A stretch of DNA of 36,671 bases from Octopus bimaculoides (Eukaryota). The stretch covers positions 64,324,945 through 64,361,615 of the forward strand of contig NC_068991.1 in assembly GCF_001194135.2 (NCBI RefSeq), written 5' to 3'. The position numbers and the translations under genes were made by a program. Below the pieces are notes generated by a model. That model worked only from the letters and a program-made list of their open reading frames with translations. It was not told where the DNA came from and made no database searches. Shown here piece after piece: positions 1 to 12,093 of the stretch (position 1 is its first letter; every line of letters begins with the position of its first letter).

Positions 1-17
1 TATATATATATATATAT

Positions 18-136
18 TTGGTCGGCCCGAGGCTATAGTAGACGACTGTTGCCCAAGGTGTCACGCAGTGGGACTGAACCCGGAACCATGTGGTTCGTAA
101 ACAAGCTAATTACCACACAGCCACTCCTACGCCTAT
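18..136 (-). mobile_element. SINE family C, 5' half (tRNA-like head plus core)
   Basis: Reverse complement reads ataggcgtaggagtggctgtgtggtaa...gttccgggttcagtcccactgcgtg...cttgggcaa; matches copies at 3338, 30541, 31955 and 36527. Confidence 0.85.
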
Positions 137-420
137 ACATACATATATTTGTTTGTACATAATCTCTTTACGTATGCATATGTATATGGATATATATACA
201 AGCATTCATGCATAGATACGTACATGTATATATGAACGTATGTGTTTTCTGAAAATACAAAGAAAAAAACACGTACTTGGTCCTAATATATTGTAAAATA
301 TCAATGCCCTCTTCGGATTTTCGTATTGTTTTGCGACAGCTTTGTAACATGTTTTTCTATTTCATGCATGAATGGACCTTTGTGGCAATAATAGATACTA
401 CAATATTTGTTGTTACTGCG

Positions 421-662
421 AAGGTTGCGAGCAGGCAGGGTCGTTAACACGCCGGACGAAATGCTTGGTAGCATTTCTTCTGTCTTTATGTTCCGAGTTC
501 AAATTCCGCCCAGGTTGACTTTGGCTTTTTCCTTTCGGGGGTCGATAAATTAAGTACCAGTTAGGTACTGAGGTCGATGCGGTCGACTAGTCCCCTCCCA
601 CCAAATTTCAGACCTTATGCCCTTCAGTAGAAAGGATTCTTCTTCTTTTATTATTATTATTA
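421..662 (+). mobile_element. SINE family A, full length
   Basis: Head with B box gagttcaaattcc, central ctttcggggtcgataaattaagtaccag...gtcgat...tcgact block, tail agaaagg(att)n; many copies in the window. Confidence 0.9.
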
Positions 663-663
663 T

Positions 664-735
664 TCTGTTGATGGAATCGACTACAACATTCCCCAAAATT
701 TCAAATCTTCTGCCTATAATAGCGAGAATTATTAC
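664..735 (+). mobile_element. SINE A 3' fragment
   Basis: gatggaatcgact...ccccaaaatttca...gcctataatag followed by att repeats. Confidence 0.6.
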
Positions 736-829
736 AATAATAACAATTATTATCATTATTATTATTATTTTTCATGAAGCCGGTAAGCTGGCTTATTGTT
801 TTTAATAGAAAGGATTACCATTATTATTA

Positions 830-1030
830 GGGCGGCGAACCGGCAGAATCGTTAGCACGCTGGACGAAATGCTTAGCAGCATTTCGCCCGTCGCTATGTT
901 CCGCAGAGGTTGACTTTGCCATCCATCCTTTCGAGTCGGTAAAATAAGTAGTAGATGAACAGAAGGATCGATGTAATCGACTCATCCTCTCTCCCAAAAT
1001 GGCTGCCCTTGTGGCAAAATTTGGAACCGT
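830..1030 (+). mobile_element. SINE family A
   Basis: ggcggcgaaccggcagaatcgttagcacgc head directly after (att)n; hairpin cgaaatgct-tagc-agcatttcg; central block present. Confidence 0.9.
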
Positions 1031-1714
1031 TGTTATTGTTGTTGTTGCTGTTGTTGCTCCTACTATTGTTGTTATATTATTGTAGCTATTTTTGTTATTG
1101 TGTTGGTGTAGAAATGAAATTAAAATATTGAAATAACATTTTGATAAGAAAAAAATTCAATGATAAACAAGCCGAATAAGTTGCTGAAACGAAGAAACAA
1201 CATTGGCCGATGAAAAAAAATTGCGTGTATATATTTCCAACGCACGCATGATATGAACACGATAAGGAAACGCAAAAAAAAATTAGATGTTCAAACACAC
1301 GCTCACGAACACATACGTGTGTAAATATAGTAAATATACACACTGAAATACGAAAACACATAAACTTACTAATAGGTAGATTGATACATACGTACATCAT
1401 TTGGGATGGAAATAGAACGAAGGAACTCATTATATTATTTAGTTGAGACAAGAGAATCGAAATAGTTTAGTGTAAGGCTTCAATGAAAGAATGGATGAAC
1501 TATCGTGCAAAGCAATCGATATTAAAGGAAGTCATTTTTTTTATCTCCTGAAAATAAATTCACATGAGATAAGACAACAAATGATGGAGTATGTTAAGAA
1601 ATCTAAGCAATTTGATGAGGCAAATCTCTTAGGAACTAAAAGCGGTAAATTTTTAATAAGGCTATGGATGTGTTTGTCGTTGTTCTTCATAAGGTCTTTT
1701 ATCGGAGTCTAAAA

Positions 1715-1748
<34 letters not shown>

Positions 1749-1949
1749 TAGTTTTATTTTTATAACGTGCTTTCACTTCACTACCGAGCGCAGCTCTGTG
1801 CGCCTTGGGTATGTGCTGTGGTTTGCTGTGGTGCTCTTATGTTTACTGTATTGAAAGTGTTTTGCGTAGAATGTGTGCAGTACTCAGTAGTGCAATTTTC
1901 TGTATGTTATATATATTTGTAAGTCCTGGTGTTTTTGTTATGTATTTGT

Positions 1950-2368
<419 letters not shown>

Positions 2369-2945
2369 GGCGGCCAGCAGTCAGAATCGTTAGCATGTTG
2401 GCGAAATGCTTAGCCGTATTTCGTCTCCGCTACGTTCCGAGTTCAAATTCTGCTGAGGTCGACTTTGCCTTTCATAATCTCAGGGTCAATAAATTAAGTA
2501 CCAGTTGAATACTGGAGTAGATGTAATCGACTCATCCCCTCCCTTAAGTCAATTTTACCAACACTATTTTCAAAGTCAGTTTTGCCATTCAACCTACCTA
2601 GGTCGATAAAATAAAGTACCAATAAAGTTCTAGAGTTGATGTCTACCGGGTCACAACTAGTTTCCTTAGATATCGAGGGCCTTTCGAACAATCTCAATAT
2701 TATCATTATCATGATCACAGTTATTTTCAACATTAGAGGATGGTAAGCTGGCAGAATCATTATCACGCCGGACGAAATGCTTAACGGTTTTTCTTCCAGC
2801 TTGATGTTCTGTGATCAAATACTACCGAGGTTGGCTTTGCTTTTTATTCCGCCAAAATTGATAACACAAAATACCAGCCAATTAGTGGTGTCGGTGTAAT
2901 GCACTAACTCCTCACCTCATTTATTGCTGGCATTGTTCCCAAATT
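2369..2945 (+). mobile_element. Tandem cluster of SINE A copies (about 2369-2570, fragment 2580-2700, 2735-2945)
   Basis: Repeated ggcagaatc...acgaaatgctta...gactttgc...gataaaataagtacca blocks, all in the same orientation. Confidence 0.85.
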
Positions 2946-3337
2946 AGAAATCATTCTTATACTTTTTTTTTTGTACAGCATCTTGGGTTATATTTCTGAA
3001 ATTCTTTCAGAAAAACTTTTCTTTCTGCATACTAAAAAACAGAAAAATATGTAACATCTAACATAGTGCTCTACTCTCTAACCCGCCAGCAATTGGATGT
3101 GGTGAGAAGAACGAGCAAAGACCAGACGGAATTTTCTTTGAAAGCTTTCCCTTCGTCTTTTACATTGACGTAGTCTTTCTGAATTTCTTTCGTCGCTGTC
3201 GCTACCATAACTACTAGCACGACATTTGATATAAGGAAAGAAATGTTTGTAACAGTAACAACAGCAGCAAGAATTACAACATAAACACAAACAACAATCG
3301 TGAATTATTAAAGTGAAAAACAGCGTACTCTCATTTC

Positions 3338-3740
3338 TCTTTTACTCTTTTACTTGTTTCAGTCATTTGACTGCGGCCATGCTGGAGCACCACCTTTAGT
3401 CGAGCAAATCGACTCCAGGACTTATTCTTTGTTAGCCTAATACTTATTCTATCGGTCTCTTTTGCCGAACCGCTAAGTTACGGGGACGTAAACACAGCAG
3501 CATCGGTTGTCAAGCGATGTTGGGGGGACAAACACAGACACACAAACACACATATGTATCTATACATATACATATATACGACGGGCTTCTTTTATTTTCC
3601 GTCTACCAAATCTATTCACAAGGCTTTGGTTGGCCCGAAGCTATAGTAGAAGACATTTGCGCAAGGTTCCACGCAGTGGGACTGAACCCGGAAGCATTTG
3701 GTTGGTAAGCAAGCTACTTACCACACAGCCACTCGTGCAT
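3338..3740 (-). mobile_element. SINE family C, full length
   Basis: tRNA-like head near 3740, core cttgcgcaaatgtcttctactatagc, internal (TA)/(TG) tract, 3' module ending gaaacaagtaaaagagtaaaagag. Confidence 0.9.
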
Positions 3741-4554
3741 GTATATTTTTTACTCAAGAGTACAACAATTTTCAACATAGACCATCCAATTTTAAACTTT
3801 CAGGATTCATATAAGCAGTAACTTCGATATGCATGTATGTTAATGAAGAGTGTGAAATTTGTGTCTCTTTTAAGTGTCTTCAATCCATTATAGACACTCT
3901 GTAGCAGAGTAAATTTCTTATATTCTGTTGCAACTCTATCTTGGTTATCAGCTCTTCATACACTTGCAACCCACAGAAAACACATCTCTCTACACTGCTC
4001 GTCTTTGGAGCAATAAGACTGTTGAGCGGAAAAGAAACAGAAAGATATCACTCTAATGTTTCTTTTTTTTTTTTTTTCCTTTGGGTTTTACATTTTTATT
4101 CACCCTTGCACTTTTTGTATCTGCCTTCTGGTTTTTCGTGTCAGTTCTCTTGTACAAGCGTTCTAGCTTGCAAATTGTAACGTGCTCAGAGTCCAAAGAA
4201 TGCTTATGAAAACCTACCTGTACCCGCGACTCCGAAGCAAGAAAATATTAGTAGCTAGTGTCTTTATACAATGTAAATTAAATGAAACACACATACACAC
4301 ACGTGTGTGTGTATGTGTGTGTGTGTGCGTGCGTGTGTGTGTGTGTGTGTGAGTGTCTAAGCATCCGTTCACAAGTTTACGCAAGAACATATTACACATT
4401 CCTATTTCTATAAGTATTGTGTGCGTGTAATTATATTCACAGGAATTTTCAATTAGCCGGATAACTGAAGAGATGTTGGCGTGGACTCCCACCCTGGCAT
4501 CCGAAACTCGGAGTTTTATCATGGCTACTGAATAAGTGTCACATATTTTTACAG

Positions 4555-4585
<31 letters not shown>

Positions 4586-6039
4586 CACACACAAATACAC
4601 ATGTATAAATATGTATGTATATTCAACATATGCATGCGTACGTGCACGTAGGCACATTACACACAGACAGACACACCAACTCTGCAAAAGTACTTAATTG
4701 CTTTAGTCATTATTGCAATTAATACACATAGTGCTGTATTTCATTTATTCAGCTGATAATGACGTTCGTACCTGCTTTAATTAAAATTACGATGGACATA
4801 TTTGAGCTGCTTTTTTCGGTTTATTTCTTCACTTTTTCAAATTTGAGTTTTTCTTCGAGTGGTACTTGTACTACAACAATAATAGATCTATTAAAATTAA
4901 TTACTTAATTATTTTCACATTTCGATTATTGTCATTTTCAAGATTTCCATCACTAGAACTTCCATTTATAAAAAATTTCTAAGTGTTTTTCTAGTTCAGG
5001 TTTTGCTGGTTTGTAGTCTGTAGGTGTTTAAATATTTTCCCCATTTCATTTGTTATACACATGTACGTCTGTCTTCGTCATTTGTATTTTTATTGTATGG
5101 TTTTAGATTTTTGTATTTTGTTCTATATCTGTATTTTCATTACATATTCTTTCATCGTACTTAGGTGTTTTATTTCTATTTCTGGTACTTCTGATGTCAA
5201 TAATGCCTTTTCTCCAAAAGTGCTTTCGTAGATTCGCAAGGTCTTTAGTATATAGTTGGCAATTACGCATAATGAAGAAACATCATCCCTCTCTCTGTTT
5301 CGATTGTTAATATTTTCGTTGGTTACAGGTTATTATGTTTCTGGTAGCATCAAGTTTTGTATAGTCTACATTATTATGCATTAAGCTCAGGATACACTTT
5401 TCTATGTTATCCTTGGATTAATTATGTTCTGTTTTTGGCATTGTTTAGCATTTGTGTGTGGAACAGCATTGAATCGTTTACGCGTCGATTTTACTTTTTA
5501 TTTTATTTTTTATTTTCAAGCATAGACTAAATTGGTTGGGCATTTCGTTGCTTCCTTTGTACGTGGTATACAAGAAAGCTATTGGTACGAAATATTAATG
5601 CATTAAATTCATGAAATAATGGCCAATTAGTCGATAGTTGGCAGCGCCAAGTTGATCGGCCTTGTCTTTCCTTTGATCATCATCGCTTACTTTGGTAAGG
5701 AGAGACTTGCATCGATGAGAAATTGCTAATCTTCTCTACATGAAAATTGTGTCCAGGTTGGCAAGTTGGATTGGATGTGTATGATTTAGATTAGAAATCA
5801 AAATTTCAGTAGCTTTCTTAATCATATATATATATATTATATCTGCTGCAACCTCTTTCCCATGCAGATGGTTTACAAAACATATATCAGGAAAATAAAT
5901 TATGTCTTTAACATAAAATTGCCTGCATGCACTTAAACGAGTTCTTAGCATAAGTTATTAAGTATTACTAAAATGTGAAAAGTTTGTGTGACACATCCGA
6001 ATTTAGAAAAAAAAAACTCAGTAACACAGCTTATGTTGG

Positions 6040-6665
6040 TTTCATATTTTGGCACAAGGATAGCAATTTTGCGGGTGAGGGTAAATCGATTTATCGACCT
6101 CGAAATGATGAACAACAAAGTCGACCTCGGAAGAATTTGAACTCAGAACGTAAAACCGGATGAACTACCGCTAATCATTTTATCCAGATTTAACAAAATT
6201 AATCATTTTATCATGATTTAACAAAATTAATATTGGTTTCAAATTTTAGCATAAGGCAAATCGATTACATCGATTACAGTGCTCAAATGGTACTTATATT
6301 TTCAACCCCGAAAGGATGGAAGGCAAAGTCGACCTTGGTGGATTTGAAATCCGAACGTAAAGACTGACGAAATACCGCTAAGCATTTAACAGTTGTATCA
6401 TATTTCATAAAAGATTCGTTGGAAATGACTGGGTCTAATAACTAGTCAGCCAAAAAATCTATCCACAACTTTATTACTGCTGTTGATATCGCTCTTTTTA
6501 CTCATCCTTCATAATCCTTTCTATTATAAGCATAAGGCCCGAAGTTTGCGGGGAGGGGAGTCGATCACATTGACCCCAGTGCGCAACTGGTACTTATTTA
6601 ATCGACTTCGAATGGATGGAAGTCAAGGTCAACCTCGGCGGAATTCGAACGTAGCGGCGGACCAA
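6040..6665 (-). mobile_element. Three head-to-tail SINE A copies (about 6040-6170, 6235-6390, 6525-6665)
   Basis: Reverse-complement motifs aaagtcgacctcgg..gaatttgaa and tggtacttatttt repeated three times. Confidence 0.8.
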
Positions 6666-7627
6666 ATACGCATCCTTCATAATGGCTGTCACAAAAGTGT
6701 TTCGCAGATGACAATTTCGTTTCGTTATTTATGATAGCAAAACACAGACTGTAATATCCAAAGTAACTTATTTTACCATTTGGCTATTATTTTTACAGCT
6801 TGTGTAATTACATACAAACTCCTTCATTGGCATGCCCTTTCTCTATAGGGTCTTTATTCCGCATTTCAATTGAGCAATTTATTCTAGTTGCCTCAAACCT
6901 CTAAGTTTTCGAAAACCATATAAGAGCGTGGACATTTTGCGTCCACAATTGAATATAATTTCCCTAAATACCCCCATAGTACCACTAAAATTCTGCAAGC
7001 TATTCACATTAACATATTTTTGTCACTGCTTTACAAAACTCATCACGTAACGAAATGCATGATTGATAGCAAACGAAATACGAAGTGTATTCACTAACAG
7101 ATGATTGTTCTATTGATCTCAGGTTCTTCAGATATGGATCTGAATGGTATGATACGGATGCGGACACAATCTATATTACAGAAAACATGCTTAAGTTATT
7201 GAATTGTAATTGATTTTTATTGTTTAGAAGTGAAACTACTATCGAACATAACAGGTCCGACAAACATTTATGAATCAGCTTTCAATTCCATTCGTTGCTC
7301 ATTGGCATCTCGTCAATTGGTGTACAGATTATGCTTTTTTTCAATAATGGACATTCAATGTAAAAATCAATCAACTGACTGTTCATCAAAATAATAATTG
7401 ATTACAGAAACATATTTTTTAAAGTTGTTTTATTTCCACTTTTTTTTTTGTATTCTTTATGTCTAGTCCCATAATCTCTTCTGATTTACACGAACAATGA
7501 TGCCAGACCCATGTTTCATATAGTTACATATTTCAGAGACAAAAACAAACAAACAAAATATCAAAAGCACTCGCCGATTCAATAGATGCAATGAAACTCA
7601 ATAGGAACTAAATCTACGGGTACACTT

Positions 7628-8620
7628 AAGTTTGATTCCTGAACACATGGTTCCGGATTCAGGCCCACTGCGTGGCAAATTGGGTAAGTGTCTTCTACTA
7701 TTATAGCCTGAGGCCAACCAAAGTCTTGTGAGTGGATTTCATAGACGGAAACTGAAAGAAGCTTGTCATGTGTANNNNNNNNNNNNNNNNNNNNNNNNNN
7801 NNNNNNNNNNNNNNNNNNNNNNNNNNNNNNNNNNNNNNNNNNNNNNNNNNNNNNNNNNNNNNNNNNNNNNNNNNNNNNNNNNNNNNNNNNNNNNNNNNNN
7901 NNNNNNNNNNNNNNNNNNNNNNNNNNNNNNNNNNNNNNNNNNNNNNNNNNNNNNNNNNNNNNNNNNNNNNNNNNNNNNNNNNNNNNNNNNNNNNNNNNNN
8001 NNNNNNNNNNNNNNNNNNNNNNNNNNNNNNNNNNNNNNNNNNNNNNNNNNNNNNNNNNNNNNNNNNNNNNNNNNNNNNNNNNNNNNNNNNNNNNNNNNNN
8101 NNNNNNNNNNNNNNNNNNNNNNNNNNNNNNNNNNNNNNNNNNNNNNNNNNNNNNNNNNNNNNNNNNNNNNNNNNNNNNNNNNNNNNNNNNNNNNNNNNNN
8201 NNNNNNNNNNNNNNNNNNNNNNNNNNNNNNNNNNNNNNNNNNNNNNNNNNNNNNNNNNNNNNNNNNNNNNNNNNNNNNNNNNNNNNNNNNNNNNNNNNNN
8301 NNNNNNNNNNNNNNNNNNNNNNNNNNNNNNNNNNNNNNNNNNNNNNNNNNNNNNNNNNNNNNNNNNNNNNNNNNNNNNNNNNNNNNNNNNNNNNNNNNNN
8401 NNNNNNNNNNNATATATACAAACATATATATACGTACATATATATAGACATACATATATATGCGTACATATATATACATATATATATATATATACTTAAT
8501 ATATACATACATATATATACATATTATTTTATCGTTATCATATCTTAATGGAAGTTTATATATATATTTCACTTCTCTCCAGGCACAACAGTGTGTGTAT
8601 GTGTGTGTGTGCGTGTGTGC

Positions 8621-8660
<40 letters not shown>

Positions 8661-8890
8661 GTACACACACATTTTACATGTGTGTGTGTCTTTGTGTTTC
8701 TTTTAGTCCAACCCTCCGCCCACCACCGCTTAACAACCGTTGCTCATATATTTACGTCCACGTTAATTAGCGATTCGGCGAAAAGCCCTAATATATACCA
8801 TGCTTTAAATGAGTAACTACTGCGGTCGACACATTCATCCAGATGACACCCCAGCATGGCCGCAGACTAATAGCTGAAACAGGTAAAAGT
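7628..8890 (+). mobile_element. SINE C 5' half (7628-7774) and 3' half (about 8680-8890) separated by a gap and microsatellites
   Basis: catggttccggattcaggcccactgcgtggc...gacggaaactgaaagaag, then gap; later cagcatggccgcagactaatagctgaaacaggtaaaag. Confidence 0.75.
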
Positions 8891-9899
8891 AATACAAGTA
8901 ACATCTATGAACATACAGGTGGTGCTCCAGCATGGTTTAGCTGAGAAGGCTAAAACATTTTAGAGCTAAACAATACACTTACGTATAGAAAAAGATATAT
9001 ACACACTGCAGTGTGCCATGGAGGAGTGTTCATTTAGAATTGCCTTACAGTATTACGAAAGACTCTCTTTTCCCATTCTTATCTTGATTCCTTCAACTCC
9101 AGTAAGACTACCTAGGATAAAGACGAGGGCTGTGTCGAGCTGTGTCTGTGTGCACGCGCGTGTGTGGATGTGTGTGTGTGTGTGTGTGTGTGTACTTTAC
9201 CATTTATCAACAGTTAAAACTCTCCTAAAGTGAAATATAAATTGGAGAAGAAAGACTCATCCATAATAATGCAGACCTCAATGAATTCCAACTTTAAAGC
9301 AGAAACGACAGGATCACAGCTGAATTAGTTTGTATCTCTCCGAACATTAGTCAACCTTCAATCATTAGTTTACCTTCACATGACAACTGGTATTGGCTTG
9401 TTTACCTCTCACTAACTTACCGGCGCAACTAAAAGTATATATATATATATATATATNNNNNNNNNNNNNNNNNNNNNNNNNNNNNNNNNNNNNNNNNNNN
9501 NNNNNNNNNNNNNNNNNNNNNNNNNNNNNNNNNNNNNNNNNNNNNNNNNNNNNNNNNNNNNNNNNNNNNNNNNNNNNNNNNNNNNNNNNNNNNNNNNNNN
9601 NNNNNNNNNNNNNNNNNNNNNNNNNNNNNNNNNNNNNNNNNNNNNNNNNNNNNNNNNNNNNNNNNNNNNNNNNNNNNNNNNNNNNNNNNNNNNNNNNNNN
9701 NNNNNNNNNNNNNNNNNNNNNNNNNNNNNNNNNNNNNNNNNNNNNNNNNNNNNNNNNNNNNNNNNNNNNNNNNNNNNNNNNNNNNNNNNNNNNNNNNNNN
9801 NNNNNNNNNNNNNNNNNNNNNNNNNNNNNNNNNNNNNNNNNNNNNNNNNNNNNNNNNNNNNNNNNNNNNNNNNNNNNNNNNNNNNNNNNNNNNNNNNNN

Positions 9900-9933
<34 letters not shown>

Positions 9934-10313
9934 ACACACACATATATATATAATAATAATGATAATAATAATAAATCAAAATCTTTTATTACAGATCATC
10001 GTACGTTTCGCTCTGTGCGAACTTTTCAAATGAATTCACATGAAAACCTCATGCCGAATAAAGCATATAACCATCTATATTGAAATGTTGAATCATTTAA
10101 TGTGATCCATAACATGTACTTCTCGATTTATTACTACCTTTCAAGCTTTTAATTATGAGAGGCAACCTAATTAATAGATAGCCTTTAGAATATCGAGCAA
10201 ATTAATTCGCTCCCCCACCACTTTATCTGTCTTTCTTTGTATGCTCACACATACACCTTTACGCTATACATAATCCTATGCATATATACTTATATGCGTA
10301 CAAACATATACAC

Positions 10314-10390
<77 letters not shown>

Positions 10391-10534
10391 GCGTGTGTGT
10401 GTGCGTGTTCGTGTGCGTGTGTGTGTGTGTGTGTAAACCTGGCTAAGTTCTGAACCGCAAGGCTGCATCCAAAAATATCCATATGTTAATTAAATCATTT
10501 TTGATTGTTAATATTTGTATGCTTGTCTCCTGTG

Positions 10535-10708
10535 CTACAGGTATGTACTTCTTGGTGTAGGTGTAATGTTCAGGTTGAAAATCAATGACATTTCATCCAG
10601 CTCTTTAAACACTTCCTTATCAGTCAAGTCTTGATCCGAACCAATTATACTGCCGGACGCTATCGTTATCAAAGGGTTGAGGCCAGGCAAATCAATCACT
10701 TTACTCAT
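10535..10708 (-). CDS. Candidate terminal coding exon, MSKVIDLPGLNPLITIASGSIIGSDQDLTDKEVFKELDEMSLIFNLNITPTPRSTYL*; unidentified
   Basis: 57 open codons in non-repetitive sequence, protein-like composition, starts directly after an AG; no homolog recognised. Confidence 0.35.
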   Translation of the reverse strand: MSKVIDLPGLNPLITIASGSIIGSDQDLTDKEVFKELDEMSLIFNLNITPTPRSTYL

Positions 10709-10943
10709 CTAAGCCGTGTAATCAGTAATGATAATAGCTATAAGGAAATGACAAACTAAATCTTAGTGTGAGAAAGGTTAGTTTGATAAGCGGAAGCTTG
10801 AGACAGCGATTGCGGCGCAGCCATTGCATGTCATTCGAAATGAAGTACAATGTATGCCAAGTAATAATATTGTCCATTCTGTCGTTCAGATTAGAAGCTT
10901 AACTAATATACATCAAGCATGGGGAAATAATAATAACAGTTGC

Positions 10944-11038
10944 CTGCATTGATGAAGTAGTACATGAGATAGACCGTGAACATATCTTGGAATAAACTGG
11001 GTCATGAGCACCGTCATGTTTTGTGGAAGACATGCTCT
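10944..11038 (-). CDS. Candidate internal exon, (E)SMSSTKHDGAHDPVYSKICSRSISCTTSSMQ
   Basis: Polypyrimidine tract plus ctag acceptor; donor would be non-canonical CAG|GCAACT; phase-compatible with 10535-10708. Confidence 0.2.
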
Positions 11039-11280
11039 CTAGCAAGGAAAAGATATCGAGGAATGAAGGAAACCCGTTAGACAAGAGAAATGTCCTTTCT
11101 ATATTTGTTTAGTTGTACGAGCAACCAAAAGAGAAGCGGACTGATATACAAATATTAGCTGACATAATGAGGTGGATATTAATAGTACATAAACTGAAAC
11201 AGAAACAGGATTAGGAGATTGAAAGATTCTAGATACGATTCCCGATCTATATACACACATTTAGATGTGCATACATATTT

Positions 11281-11625
11281 GCTTCCCAACTTCATGGTTT
11301 CGGGTTTGGCCCCACTACGTGGGACTTTGGGCAAGTGTCTTCTATTATAACCCCGGGCTGGCCAATGTTTTAGGAGTGAATTTAGCAGACGTAAACTGTA
11401 TCAAATCGCATCGAATATATATATGTATATGTAAACCTATTTGCTTGTGGTTCTCCTCCTACAATGCTTGACAACCAGTGTTGGTGTGTGTCACCCTTTT
11501 GTTCGGAAATAGAGACAATAAGATAAGTACCCAAAATTAATGCAAGGATCACTTTGTTCGACGAAACACTTTAAGATGCTGCTCCAATATGAACCCAGTT
11601 CAATGCTTTAAACAAGTAAAAGAAT
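11281..11625 (+). mobile_element. SINE family C, diverged full-length copy
   Basis: catggtttcgggtttggccccactacgtgggactttgggcaagtgtcttcta...gcttgacaacc...ataagtac...aaacaagtaaaagaat. Confidence 0.8.
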
Positions 11626-12033
11626 ATGAACATACATGCATGTAAAAGTGTGAGCGTGTCTATGTGTGTGTGCACAGCGTCTAGCTTATTTTTCACTTGT
11701 GTATTCTATTGTATATGATGACAATTTTCCATGAATTTGTATTAATAATGCCTTTATTAATAAATAATTGACGTATGGAACAATTAAGTGGTTAGAATTG
11801 GCCGCTTCTCAAATTTACGTCGATGTAATAAGCATCGTTGAAGTCATTACTATGACAGTATTGCTGATGTCTCACCTATGATACACTGAATTTAAGGCAA
11901 TCACAGTAACCCAGAAGGTTATGGAAGAAATGTAACATCGGGTCGACGAATGCGTTGAGCGGTATTTAGTAAGAGCAAATTGTACAGTTCCTAATCATGT
12001 TTGAATGTATGCATGTGCATATCTGAGTGTGTG

Positions 12034-12093
<60 letters not shown>

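Noticed and set aside
3078-3290. Listed 70-aa Cys-rich ORF (MCLCCNSCCCC...)
   Set aside because: The Cys run derives from degenerate GTT/GCT repeats; no family recognised
5595-5951. Minus frame open for about 118 codons with one TAG (IFM*RRLAI...)
   Set aside because: No recognisable domain, includes a (TA) tract, and overlaps an equally plausible plus-strand candidate
9995-10083. Plus-strand ttttattacag| followed by (D)HRTFRSVRTFQMNSHENLMPNKAYNHLY*
   Set aside because: Too short to distinguish from chance; no linked exons
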